This document shows positions 8,945 to 19,600 of a stretch of DNA of 60,105 nucleotides, in pieces. This DNA is from a virus. Lineage: Duplodnaviria > Caudoviricetes. The stretch is taken from positions 1-60,105 of IMG/VR virus record IMGVR_UViG_3300034027_000006; one strand, written 5' to 3'. Both the position numbers and the translations under genes were made by a program. The notes under the pieces were generated by a model, which did not search any database, had not been told where the DNA came from, and worked only from the letters and a program-made list of their open reading frames with translations. Position 1 is the first letter of the stretch; each line of letters opens with the position of its first letter.

Positions 8945-10336
8945 ATGCAAAACGACCCGTCAAAATATCCTGATTTTTCCTCTACCGAAAGCGGGTGGCA
9001 ATGGTACACAGGCGAGGTTTTTCTCCCTCACTGGCTAGAATCGATACTAGACCTGAGTATCCCAGACAATCAGCGAACCTCACGGGCTATAGCTGCAAAT
9101 TTTCAATCTTGCAACCGTATCGCTGAAGTTATAGATCGTCATATAGCTGCGTTGTCACCCTCTAGCCTCAGCTTTGATAACCCTTTGTTACAAAGCTTAA
9201 TAGAAAAGTGGGAAAGAGAAAACTCCGGCATTTTTGGGCATCCACTTGAGGAAGCTGCGTTAAGAGCCAAAATTGACGGGCGAGCATATCTGCGACTATT
9301 TTTTAAGCAGTCTTATGCAGGGCAAGAGCCGCTTGATTTCCTAGAGGTTCATTGTCCGCCCGCTGAGAGCGTGAAACCCTATCGCAATAATGATCGCTTT
9401 CTAACTGGTTTTGAATATAACTATGTTGAGGATGGCGAACAGTACACCGAAAAACAGTTTTTAAAGGGATCTTTAACTGTTTTTCAAACTATCTATAAAG
9501 GTGAGATAATAGCAGAGAAAACTTTCGAGCGTGATCTTGGTGGGGGTTTTAGCATTGTTGAGATAAATTTAAAACCAATGCTAACCGAATCAATAAAAGA
9601 AAACCAGAACGGCATAAACTTCGCATTAACCTTATTACCGACAAACCTTGCTCGCAATGGCTGGCTGCAAAAAACAGTCTTAAACGGTCAACCGCCCGGA
9701 AAATGGGATTTTGACGACAAAGGCCGAGAGGTCTTTACCCCAAGCAAAGACGGATTACCAGCAGGCCCCGGTATAACTCAATTTATACAAGGCTTGCCAA
9801 TAACTGATGAGCGCGGCGTTATGACAGGTTACACCGTACCCGATATGAGGTCAGAGCAACCCATTAGCCCCGAAACTTTCACTGCAACAGTTAGAGCATT
9901 TTCTCAGTTGATCTATGAGCAAGTCGATCAGAGTTACATTCTAGCCAGCGATCTAGTTTTAAGCGGGGTTAGTCGCGAACAATCAAGACGAGATTTTGCA
10001 GATATAGTTAATGCTGACGCTGTTAAGCTGGGTTATGTCTACAGTGATTTATTAACTGTTTGTAATTACTTTCTGGGAGTTAAGCAACCAATAAAAGCAC
10101 AGTTAAAACCTAGGATAGATAGAGGCATAGAGCATAAGAAATTAGTGCTAGAAGCTCGATCGCAAGGGCTAATAACTAAACGCACAGCAATCGAGGCGTT
10201 AGGGTTTGAGATTGACATAGATGCAGAGCTTGCAGAGCTAGAAAAAGAGGCACAGAAAGCAGCAGAATTAGAAAAACCGCCAGAGACAGTCAAGCCGTCC
10301 GGCGGTGCTATTAAAGACGAAAAAACAGCCGATTAA
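8945..10336 (+). CDS. Probable portal protein
   Basis: 463 aa; N.I.EV.DRH, DGRAYLRL, SGVSREQ and C-terminal GLIT..TA...LG..D.DAEL patterns typical of portals. Confidence 0.7.
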   Translation: MQNDPSKYPDFSSTESGWQWYTGEVFLPHWLESILDLSIPDNQRTSRAIAANFQSCNRIAEVIDRHIAALSPSSLSFDNPLLQSLIEKWERENSGIFGHPLEEAALRAKIDGRAYLRLFFKQSYAGQEPLDFLEVHCPPAESVKPYRNNDRFLTGFEYNYVEDGEQYTEKQFLKGSLTVFQTIYKGEIIAEKTFERDLGGGFSIVEINLKPMLTESIKENQNGINFALTLLPTNLARNGWLQKTVLNGQPPGKWDFDDKGREVFTPSKDGLPAGPGITQFIQGLPITDERGVMTGYTVPDMRSEQPISPETFTATVRAFSQLIYEQVDQSYILASDLVLSGVSREQSRRDFADIVNADAVKLGYVYSDLLTVCNYFLGVKQPIKAQLKPRIDRGIEHKKLVLEARSQGLITKRTAIEALGFEIDIDAELAELEKEAQKAAELEKPPETVKPSGGAIKDEKTAD

Positions 10337-10881
10337 TTGTCTTTTACAAGGTCGTTAGCATTGTGATAGATCGTCGGATCGCTGATTCTGGCGGTTAATC
10401 GCCTCATTCGATCGTAACTTGTCTCTAATTTTTCGCCTGTCGCTTCTGCCTCATTATTAAGATAGTCGAGCAAAAAGTCCTCGTCAAAACTAAGAGTAAA
10501 TAGCTCCTCAATCGCGCCTTTTTTGCGCTTCTTTGGCTGCACTGGGTTTGCTTTGCCATTAGCTTTAGCTTGCTCGGCTCTCTCTAGCTTTAGCTTTAAA
10601 ATTTCGGCTCTTTCTTCAGCTAGTTTGTCCCTTTCTTCCTGTTTGCGTTGTAGTAACTTTTTAAGCTCGCCTCGGCTGCATTTTCTAGACCTCTCGATCA
10701 GTGGACTGGTTATCAAGCAATGATCACACCAGCGATCGAAAACACTTTTATCAAAGTTAGAGGGTTTTTCTGCGGGCGGGCGAGGGTTTACATGGCATCG
10801 ACTACACCATATAAAACAGCGTTTAGCGGTCGGCTTAGGTTTATTGCCTCTTGCTTTCTTTGCCTCTTTAAAGTATCCCAT
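10333..10881 (-). CDS. Hypothetical protein with CxxC...CxxC zinc finger and coiled coil
   Basis: CSRC and CDHC pairs. Confidence 0.6.
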   Translation of the reverse strand: MGYFKEAKKARGNKPKPTAKRCFIWCSRCHVNPRPPAEKPSNFDKSVFDRWCDHCLITSPLIERSRKCSRGELKKLLQRKQEERDKLAEERAEILKLKLERAEQAKANGKANPVQPKKRKKGAIEELFTLSFDEDFLLDYLNNEAEATGEKLETSYDRMRRLTARISDPTIYHNANDLVKDN

Positions 10882-11704
10882 TCGTCAACCCTCCACTGAT
10901 ATTGTCCTCGCTAACAGGGATATAGTTAGCATAGATAATACCATCCTCTAACTCGATGGTTTTACCTTCTAATTTGTATCTGATGCCTTGATCTGTGAAA
11001 AATGGCGGGGCTTTTACTAGCTGCAATCTTAATTCATTGACTGGTAGCCATCGCTGTAATCCGCCATTGTTTCGCCTGTAAGTTCTTAGTACAAATTCGC
11101 GCTCTGTTTCCGATCCCTCGCTTAAGATATAGATACAATGTATTGCCCCATTCTCTAACTCTTCCGTCCTTGCTAAGCTATATGTTGCTTTGTCGCGAGT
11201 ATAACTTTGTGGTGCTTCTGTCAGCTTAAGCTCTACTGTGTCAACCGAAAAATAGCGTCTGGTAAAAACATTCATCCAGCACAATTCAAGAATGAAATCG
11301 CGCTCAATTCGACCATCTAGAAAGCAATTGTAAACACCCTCTATTAGTGCGTTGTGTGAAAAGTTCGCTAGCTGCACTTTTGCCTGGTTGAAGCCTTCAT
11401 CGCCTATAAATTCAGCCTTTGAAGCGTGAAAACTCGGATCGGAAATTTTAACAAAAGTCGGTTTTGTGGCTTGTTTCTCGCTGCGAGCTAACATTCCGAT
11501 AAGTTTATTGTCGGCTGTCCCAATAGGTGTATTGTACTTTGTCTCATACACCTCGATATAAGCCTTTAAAACTAGCTCATATCGGCTGTCGGTTGGACTT
11601 GTAACCGAATCTTTCTTTTTAGGATATTGGTAGCCTTGAACTTTGAAAAAATACACACTATTAGCCAATTCTAGCGACCGCGTGGTATTATCGAATATGC
11701 TCAT
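10868..11704 (-). CDS. Hypothetical protein
   Basis: 278-aa ORF; operator half-site upstream at 11807. Confidence 0.65.
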   Translation of the reverse strand: MSIFDNTTRSLELANSVYFFKVQGYQYPKKKDSVTSPTDSRYELVLKAYIEVYETKYNTPIGTADNKLIGMLARSEKQATKPTFVKISDPSFHASKAEFIGDEGFNQAKVQLANFSHNALIEGVYNCFLDGRIERDFILELCWMNVFTRRYFSVDTVELKLTEAPQSYTRDKATYSLARTEELENGAIHCIYILSEGSETEREFVLRTYRRNNGGLQRWLPVNELRLQLVKAPPFFTDQGIRYKLEGKTIELEDGIIYANYIPVSEDNISGGLTNGIL

Positions 11705-11852
11705 GAGTTTTTTCTATCCTGTCTAACTTGTGGGCTGTGTTGGCTGTTGAGGGTTTGGCTCATTTGTTGTCGCAAGTGAGCAAACCGGCCGACGCTTAAC
11801 TAGCTTATCTTATCCTACAGCATCGCGCAAGGTGATCCGGTTTGGCTCCTGC

Positions 11853-12143
11853 CTAAATTACAATAGCCCCGACATCTTGCACGGTTATAGTAATAGACTT
11901 TTCCCTGATGTCTATCTCGCTTACCCTGATATCAGGGCAATATAACCCAATCGCTCGCATAATCTCGCTTATGATTTTCGGGCGCTGCTCGTCGGTGTAC
12001 GGGACACAATCAGCGATCGCTGTTCCGTATAGCGGATCGCCTGGTACGCTCCCCCGATCGGTTAGTAATAGCAGCTTGACCCGCTGGTATAGTTCCGGCA
12101 GGCCTTCTACTTCCTCGTTTAATCCCCCAAGCTTAAAAGCCAT
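11853..12143 (-). CDS. Baseplate wedge protein (gp25/GpW family)
   Basis: LLLT.RGSVPGDP.YGT motif. Confidence 0.85.
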   Translation of the reverse strand: MAFKLGGLNEEVEGLPELYQRVKLLLLTDRGSVPGDPLYGTAIADCVPYTDEQRPKIISEIMRAIGLYCPDIRVSEIDIREKSITITVQDVGAIVI

Positions 12144-12146
12144 ATT

Positions 12147-12608
12147 TTAGGCAATTGGTAATAGGTAACAACCAGACTCGATCCAAGATTGCAACCGCTC
12201 TAGAACTCCGGCTGCTGTGTGACCGTCCCACTCTGGGGCATATTCCAAGTGTTTAAGATTTAGTGAAACTAAATCTAGAAACTTGTTAGGCAAGTGGTAG
12301 GTTATTTGCTCACCCTCCATCAATTCAACCCCAGCAATAAACCAACCATCGAAGCGAGAACCGTCATGATGTTGCTCGCTATACCAACCATTATTTACAA
12401 GATTTAAAAAGGCAATAAACAATAGGTTTCGATGTTCGTACAGTTCATCAAAACTATGATCGCCGTCGTTAACGGCTCCTACTGGACAAGGTAAAATCAG
12501 ACTTTTTTTGTCTTCGCCGATTCTTGTCGCTGTCACCGCACAAGGTAGATTTAAGATGTTGTTGCTCATTCGTTTAGATCCCTGGTATACCTGGTATATC
12601 AATGCCAA
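12147..12608 (-). CDS. WDGH-motif phage protein (start may be 12569)
   Basis: HSFDELYEHR...GWFIAG...QITYHLP...EWDGHT. Confidence 0.7.
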   Translation of the reverse strand: MALIYQVYQGSKRMSNNILNLPCAVTATRIGEDKKSLILPCPVGAVNDGDHSFDELYEHRNLLFIAFLNLVNNGWYSEQHHDGSRFDGWFIAGVELMEGEQITYHLPNKFLDLVSLNLKHLEYAPEWDGHTAAGVLERLQSWIESGCYLLPIA

Positions 12609-13677
12609 ACCCGCCGATCGAGCCGCGAGCTATCTCTAACATATCATACCAGGTGAATTGTATTTCCCCTGCTCTAACTGGTAGCCACTTAACTTTACAT
12701 TCACAACGCCAGCCCACATCCTTGTTAAAACGATGTCTAGCTGTCTGTATTTGATAGCTGCCATTGAATCGATTGCCGAGTAACTTAATGTTATTTAAAG
12801 CTACCAATTCGGGTCTACCTATCGAGGTTAGACTGCCTGTTATTTGACCATTATTAGCCCTAATTAATTTCTCTAAACCTGCATAGGCTGCATGGTATGG
12901 GGACACTACAGGAAATTTCATCTCGTGATTGAGTCGCCGCCCCGATCTTAGACTAACCAGATTGTCAGTAAAAACGGCCCAGTCTTTGACAGTTAACTGC
13001 TTAGACTCACCCAACCAAGTATAACTAACCTCGCACTCAGAAAAAGTATTATAGCCGCTATGCTCTAAATCTAGGGTGTGGTATTCGCTTCTACCCATAG
13101 TTAAAATCGGGGGGATAGTCCTAAAATATGCGTCGCCCGCCATGACAAGCGACCCGTTATCAATCGTAAAAGATAGCCCCCACTGTCCGGCTATCATTCT
13201 TAAAAACTCTAAATCCGATTGCTCTTGCTGCTGTACATTTACGAACAATTCAGGCACTTGAATCTTTGGCGATAATCTTAACCCGAGAGCTTTGTCTCGC
13301 AATATAGACTCTAGACTTACCCCCTGAAAGTTTAGATTTTTCTTCTCGAAAATTCTGCCTATTATGGGAACAGAGATCGCATTGATCTCTATCACGTCGT
13401 AACTATTTCCAATTTGCTCTCGGACGGATTCAATCTGAAAATTGCCCGCGTTGAGTTTAGCAGAATCGCCAATATAGAAAAATTCACATTTTATATATTC
13501 TAATGGTTTTGGTATCCATTCCGCATTGAAAATATCTGGGGCTGAGCGAACTTTTAGCCTTAGACTCGATGCGCTATCGCCCTCGTTATTATACTCGATA
13601 TCTAACAGATGTGGTAGAATATTTGCGCTGATATCAGCGTTCTGCAATAAAAGTCTAATACTTGGCTCTAGCAACAT
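12574..13677 (-). CDS. Baseplate hub / late control D (P2 GpD-like)
   Basis: QSDLEFLRMIA..WG..F and G.Y.I..ARH.F....GW motifs. Confidence 0.85.
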   Translation of the reverse strand: MLLEPSIRLLLQNADISANILPHLLDIEYNNEGDSASSLRLKVRSAPDIFNAEWIPKPLEYIKCEFFYIGDSAKLNAGNFQIESVREQIGNSYDVIEINAISVPIIGRIFEKKNLNFQGVSLESILRDKALGLRLSPKIQVPELFVNVQQQEQSDLEFLRMIAGQWGLSFTIDNGSLVMAGDAYFRTIPPILTMGRSEYHTLDLEHSGYNTFSECEVSYTWLGESKQLTVKDWAVFTDNLVSLRSGRRLNHEMKFPVVSPYHAAYAGLEKLIRANNGQITGSLTSIGRPELVALNNIKLLGNRFNGSYQIQTARHRFNKDVGWRCECKVKWLPVRAGEIQFTWYDMLEIARGSIGGFGIDIPGIPGI

Positions 13678-13685
13678 ATTAATTA

Positions 13686-14804
13686 TTACTCTATATATTC
13701 AATTATCAAATAAAAAGGTCTGCTCAATAGATTGCCTGAGTTTCCAGTCTCATTTATTACGCTTATATTCGCCGAACTTATATTAAACAAAGTTGAGAAC
13801 CCGGCTTGTCTGCCACCAAGCGGAACAGATGGCAAGTCAAGGGCTAACGGAAAGGTTGTAGCCGTGTAAAAAATAACCCCTGTGACGCTGGTTATTTTAG
13901 TCGAATTGACCCCGTGAGCGATCGCCACTTGTGCGCCTTGTGTTGCTGCGGTTGTAGCCGTGATCATCTTCTTTTTGCTGGCGTAAGTAGTGCCAAGACC
14001 AATAAAACCAGTAAAGCTTTTATTGCCGTCTATGCTCTCGGTCGCTGTCTTACTTACACCGCCTAAACTTGTTAAAGTTGGGTAAGCTGGCAGGAAAGTA
14101 GAGGGAACTACACTATCCGCCCCTAGCGGTGCTACACCGTTCGCCGCACTTCTTGCACTTGTATTAAGTTTGCCTCCAAGCGCCGTGTTAATACCTGCAA
14201 TCGTTGTATTAAATGTCGAATTAGAAACAGCATCAAGACTCGCTAGGGTTGGATAAGTTGGCAAATAACTAGATGGAACTAGACTATCCGCTCCTAATGG
14301 TGCGACCCCGTTTGCTGCACCTCTAGAGCTAATAGACAGGCTGTTGTTAATGGCAGCTATCATTGACGCGATCGCACTGTCAAAGGTCGCTGTTGACACT
14401 CCCCCTAAACTTGTTAATGTTGGTGGCGGCGGCACTACCGGATAAGGTGGCAACTTAGAAAATGGCACGACTCCATCCTCTAATGGTGCAACAGTGACGC
14501 CGATCGCGCTTAACGGGACAAAATCACCAACAACCCCGCCGCCTGTAGGTAATGGCTGTCGCGTGTTTGGAGGCAATGGCAAAAAGTCGCCGTCATCCTC
14601 GCGGGCTGGATTTGCCGCTGTTAGAGGTCGCCGCAGTGAGTTTAAGTCAGGTATATTTAATGCTATCCCAGTAGGCAGGATAAGATCGCCAGCAAGTAAT
14701 GGGTTAGCCTCAGCGATCGCCCAAGCTAGATCCGGAACACCATAGACGCGCTCGGCTATTAAGTCCCAGCGATCCAGTGGTTTAGTTAATATCTCTACTG
14801 CCAT
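13686..14804 (-). CDS. Tail protein X (LysM-like) fused to a repeat-containing fibre-like region
   Basis: N-terminal DRWDLIAERVYG...EANP...LP.G..L.IP; three VAPL...VP...LP.YP repeats. Confidence 0.75.
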   Translation of the reverse strand: MAVEILTKPLDRWDLIAERVYGVPDLAWAIAEANPLLAGDLILPTGIALNIPDLNSLRRPLTAANPAREDDGDFLPLPPNTRQPLPTGGGVVGDFVPLSAIGVTVAPLEDGVVPFSKLPPYPVVPPPPTLTSLGGVSTATFDSAIASMIAAINNSLSISSRGAANGVAPLGADSLVPSSYLPTYPTLASLDAVSNSTFNTTIAGINTALGGKLNTSARSAANGVAPLGADSVVPSTFLPAYPTLTSLGGVSKTATESIDGNKSFTGFIGLGTTYASKKKMITATTAATQGAQVAIAHGVNSTKITSVTGVIFYTATTFPLALDLPSVPLGGRQAGFSTLFNISSANISVINETGNSGNLLSRPFYLIIEYIE

Positions 14805-15028
14805 TTTTTAGCGCTCAATGTAATGTGCAACGGATCGCCGTGTTCAACATACCTATTAACCCCAAAAACTGCCTCGTCTTTGCCATCAAAAATATTGTTA
14901 ATGACCTGCGTTAAAACGAGTTTTCGCAGCCTTATAGAATACGCCGAGACTATCGCGTTATATTGCGACCAAGTGCCGCTCGGCAAGTGTTTACCGTTAG
15001 GATAACAAACCTCGATAGAGTAGCCCAT
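14795..15028 (-). CDS. Hypothetical protein
   Basis: Translationally coupled within the tail operon. Confidence 0.55.
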   Translation of the reverse strand: MGYSIEVCYPNGKHLPSGTWSQYNAIVSAYSIRLRKLVLTQVINNIFDGKDEAVFGVNRYVEHGDPLHITLSAKKWQ

Positions 15029-15029
15029 A

Positions 15030-15506
15030 TTATTTAACTCCTAGCCAACCTAGAGCGGCTTTACTTAGTCCAGATATGCCCGCCTCTGCTGTTTTTCTAA
15101 CAGTAGGTGGCGGCTCATACGGGTTATAATTGCCAGCCCATAAAAACGCGCCAACCTCTTTAAAAGTAACGCGCAAAACAACAAAAAGAATACGATCGTC
15201 GATCGCTCGCCTTATTTCCTCAACAACTGCGACTATAAGCCATTCGCCTTCTGGTCTTTTTCCTATTGTTAGGATTTCCGGTTTGCGACTTTTTCCGGCA
15301 TTTATCCAGCGCATAGCCTCGGCTGGTGCTGTTTCACCGTAAAAACTTAAAGCTATCTCTAGATCCTCTAATTTGCTACTGACTAGCTGCGAGGATGCTT
15401 TGCCGAGTGCGACTTCTGCCTCGGCTACTGGGAAAAAATAACCTTTCTGGGTTTGTGTTGCATTCTTTATGGGAAGCAAGCCAAAGCTGCCGAATATCTT
15501 AGCCAT
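15030..15506 (-). CDS. Tail tube initiator (P2 GpU-like)
   Basis: Position after the tape measure gene; L.IG....GEWLI..V.E and V.FKE motifs. Confidence 0.7.
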   Translation of the reverse strand: MAKIFGSFGLLPIKNATQTQKGYFFPVAEAEVALGKASSQLVSSKLEDLEIALSFYGETAPAEAMRWINAGKSRKPEILTIGKRPEGEWLIVAVVEEIRRAIDDRILFVVLRVTFKEVGAFLWAGNYNPYEPPPTVRKTAEAGISGLSKAALGWLGVK

Positions 15507-15603
15507 AAAGCCGATCTACTTTAAATCTGGCGTATAATGCGAGGAAGCATCGGCGGTATCAGTCGCCGATGCTTCTAGTCTAACCCTTGAGAGGTAATGT
15601 TTT

Positions 15604-16053
15604 ATGATACTAGCACACAGCAGCCAGCACTTACCCCAAAGCTTCAAAAGTCGCAAGCAGCTAGCGCCAGCCCATGACGATCCGCAGTTCCCCTATGATG
15701 TCAATCAATTTAAGCAGATTGTCTGCTTGAGTTCGCGGCGCTCGCGAGTCTTTATTCGCTCTAACTTTGAGCTTGGCACTGACTACAAAGTCATCGGAAC
15801 TAAGCACACAATGATGCTGTCTCGCCAGTGTCTAGCCGTTGCCGTGGCTATGCAGTTTAAATTCTCTAATTTTCCGGGTTTGATAGATCAGGATTATCTA
15901 CCACATTATAAAGAATACCAAACCGAGATTCTAGCGGCTGTGGCTCGCAAGCAGTCTCGGCGAGGTGCTGGGCGTCGCAAGGTTTCGCCCGGTCAGCTTA
16001 GTTTTAAGTTTGTTGGTTCTGCTGCTATTATAGTGTTATCCGATCTTGCCTGA
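15604..16053 (+). CDS. Antirepressor-like protein, paralogue of 2409-2777
   Basis: FPYDV...NFELGTDY motif; own -10 box (TATAAT 15533) and leader hairpin; terminator near 16099. Confidence 0.5.
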   Translation: MILAHSSQHLPQSFKSRKQLAPAHDDPQFPYDVNQFKQIVCLSSRRSRVFIRSNFELGTDYKVIGTKHTMMLSRQCLAVAVAMQFKFSNFPGLIDQDYLPHYKEYQTEILAAVARKQSRRGAGRRKVSPGQLSFKFVGSAAIIVLSDLA

Positions 16054-16211
16054 CTGACAACAGGCGATCGAGTAATTGGCAAAGGAAACTAGAACACCAA
16101 GCGCCCTTAATTGGGCGTTTTTATTGATAATTTGTGCGGCGTTTATCGAGGTATTGACATATTTTTTGTACCTGTATAAGCTCATAAAAACACCTACCGA
16201 GGATTTTAATT

Positions 16212-16556
16212 GTGGAAATTTTCAATCGATTTCAGCCTAATGATTCAGATCGCCTGTGGGCTTATCTAGACGAGGCACAAAAACAACTTGCAATTTATGA
16301 CCCTTTTGTGTCGAAACTCCCAGATAGTAAAGAGGTCAAAGCTATTGGCGTTATGCTCATAGAAGCCCTTAGAACCCGTAACAAGGCTGCTGAGATTTCT
16401 TGTTTGTATTTTGATGTCCCAGATCCCAAAAATCCTACTAATGGAGTTTTCAGATCTGTTATGCCAGTCTGGTTAACTGAAGACCTGAAAGAATACGGAC
16501 TATATCAGACATTATCTCAAGACCTCGCGGATCTAGTCCTAGAAATGGTAGGATAA
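16212..16556 (+). CDS. Moron-like hypothetical protein
   Basis: TTGACA at 16154, GAGG RBS, terminators on both sides. Confidence 0.6.
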   Translation: MEIFNRFQPNDSDRLWAYLDEAQKQLAIYDPFVSKLPDSKEVKAIGVMLIEALRTRNKAAEISCLYFDVPDPKNPTNGVFRSVMPVWLTEDLKEYGLYQTLSQDLADLVLEMVG

Positions 16557-16578
16557 ATTTAACGGTAACGACGAGTAG

Positions 16579-16600
16579 AACCCGCGAGAGCGGGTTTTTT
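16579..16600. terminator. Intrinsic terminator between convergent genes
   Basis: AACCCGC-GAGA-GCGGGTT followed by T run. Confidence 0.8.
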
Positions 16601-16605
16601 ATTGC

Positions 16606-19600
16606 TTAATATCTACCTCGACTAAAACGATCTTGAGTGCGCTCTAGCCAGTCCATGAACGAGCGATCGTGTTTCTCTAGTTCGGCTATTAAATTTTCTG
16701 GTTGCCCGCTTACATTGTAAGTCGGGGAATAAACGGCGCTGTTACTGCCTCCTTGACTTCCTTCGCTTGCCTTCATGCTTAGATCTGCGAGTTTACTTGG
16801 TGGGTTTAGCACTTCCTCAAACTTGCTTTGTATGGCGCTGCCATCTATGCCCTTTATAAACTCTTGCGTCAAACCGAACCCAGTTTTATCTAAATCTGAA
16901 AGCGGGCCACGTTCGGCCGGCGATCTAGGTAGATAACTGCTGACAGATTGAGCTAACCCCGCCGCTGCAAGTTCTGCTTGTGGTTTGCTTGCGTCTATAC
17001 CTTTGGCTAAACCTTCCCCAATAGCTCGCCCGCTTGCGTTACTAGACCTAACTAGAGGCACGATGTTATTTTTTGCACTGGTTGCAATATCTGCCGCAGG
17101 TGATGGAGTTTCGGCGGGTAGTGCAACAGATGGCGGCTCGACTGTCAGCGCTCGCCGTTTAAACGGGGTGATTTGGTTTTGGGGAAGCGCGGCAGGTGCT
17201 GGTGTTGGTGTTGCTGTAGGCGCTTGATTTTGACCCGCTAACGCGGCCGCGCCAACTGTGCCGGCCAGACTTGTAGCCACAGGCACGGCAAGTTTGCCCG
17301 CAGGTGAGGCGGCTAATTTGGAAGCTTCGCCGATCGCTCCTGATAACGCATTTTTAGCCGTGCCAGCAATCCCCGATATTGACTTTGTAAAGGTCGATCC
17401 TATCCCGACAGTCCCGGTGTTTCCGGGTGCTAGGACGTTACTGATCGCGCCTGTGGCTCCTCTCATTGCCGTGCCTGTAACGTTGGCTGCTTTTTGTACC
17501 TTTGACCAAGCTGTCGCAGTATTTGCGGCGGCTCCATTGGCAACACTACCGACGCGAGCAACACTACCAGAAATAGTGTTAGCAGCCTTACCAAACGAAC
17601 CCATAATGCCGGAACCCGCAGAATTAGCCGCCGCCCCGAGTGATTGAGTACCCTTGATCGCGCTTCCCATCGCTTGACCAATTGCCGCGCCGGAATCCTT
17701 TGCAGTTTGCCCGATCGCGCCAATAGATTTGATAGTGCCGCCGATAGAAGTACCCGCAACCTCGCCGACTCCTTTTGCTACTGAATTGGCGGCTTGAAAA
17801 CCTCGAATACCTGTCCCAATAGCCCCACCAGCCACGCCACCAACACCACGGGCTACCTGGTTGCCTTTGTCTATGACAGTGCCAACCCCGCCCGCAACTT
17901 TCCCAACCCCGCCCGCAACTTGTCCAACAGCACCCGCGACGCTTTTAGTAGCATTTAGTAGCCCACCAACAGCCCCGCCTAACCCCCCGGCTACTTTCGA
18001 CACTGCAAATGCTACACCGCCTAAACCAATCGCGCCAGCCCCCAACATCGCCGCATTTTTCAAAAGGCCACCTAACCCGCCGCCCGACTTTTGCGCGGCT
18101 GGTTGTGCTGGTGCTGAATCTTCTACCGGGGTAAAGTTTCGATCCGCCTCTGCCTTTGCTGCCGCTGCTGCTTGTAAGTCTTTCTCACGTTGTGCCGCTT
18201 CTGCTGCTGCTGCTTGTTCAGCAGCGGCGGCGGCTGCTGCTCGGCGATCGTTATCAGATTTTAATTGAGTCGCGGCAATAGCCTGAGACTCTGCGACGCC
18301 TGTTACTGCTGTTTGTGTCTTTGTTGCTGCGGCGATCGCTGCGGTAGTTGCGGCCGCAGCGACCTGTTGCGCTGTCACCTGTCGAGTTTTTTCTACTTCT
18401 ATCGCCGCGCTCGCCTGCTGTGCTGCAATCTGAGCTTGTGCCGCTTGTGCCGCTAGTTGATTGCTCGCTTGCTGTGCCGCTAGTTTCCCCGCCGCGATCT
18501 TGTCTGCTGTTGCGATTTCTGCTGCTTGGTTTGCCTGTGTAACAGCGGCAAGGGCTTCGGCTCCGGCTAGCCTTGTCTGATTGAGTTTATCGGCGTTAGC
18601 TTGCTGCGTAGCGGCAATTTGTTGCTCGTTTTGTTGTTGAATGGCTCCGAGTTCTGTAGCTTCCTCCTGTGGGGTTTTTTGAGAGGTTAGAATATCTTTT
18701 GCTGCTAAGCCAGCGCCGATCGCCGTAGCCGCGCTGATTACTTTTTCGCCCAGTCCTGCGTTACTATCAGTTAGTTTTTGAATAGCAAAAACTGTCGCAC
18801 CTAAAGCAGCTATTAGCATCGCAATCTGTGGAATACTTAACCCTTTTTGCTCTGGTTTTTTCTCATCTTCGCCTGTGGTGACTGGTGCAACGGCTGGCAC
18901 TTCTAAGGGTGCAATAGTTGTCGCGGTTTCCTTTGGTTTTGCTATTTCTTTAGGTAACGCTCGATCCGCTTGTGTCGCGGGATTTTTGTCGTTTTCTTTT
19001 TCTTTAGTTGGTAGCTTGCCGCCTTCGCAGATTTCAGGGCAAATGCAGACGGGGATACAATAATCGATTTTTGCTGCGAGTGCTTTTAACTTGTCCTCGA
19101 AACCGTCGCAGATTATCGGCTCTATACAGATCGGTAAAGTCTCTTTGACTTTTGGCAATTTTCCGACTTCTGGTGCTTTTACGTCTTCGGCTGCTTTACC
19201 CATCCCTAGCAGTCGTTGATTGCCTAAAGCGAGCCAATTTAAAAATCTAGAGATAGGATTGCCCACACCTAAAAATTGATTGCTCAATCGCGAGATTATA
19301 GGTATCCCAGCGCTAAAGATTCCCCACGCTTTCGCTAGTGTTGCCAAACCGAAGAGTAAAGGCCCGATAGAAATAGCCAGCCCTGCAAGTGCCGATCCAA
19401 GTCTTACTATGTTCGGATGTTTTGCGGCGAATTCTGTCATTTTGTTAATAATAGGAGTCAAGAAAGCAGCAAAGGCTTTAACCGCTGGCAGTAACGCCAT
19501 CCCAATCTCGATCGCTAACTCCTGAAAGGAGTTATTTAACATTTGCATTTTTGACGCTGTAGTGTCTAATTGCGTCGCAAAAACCTCGTTATATCTGTTT

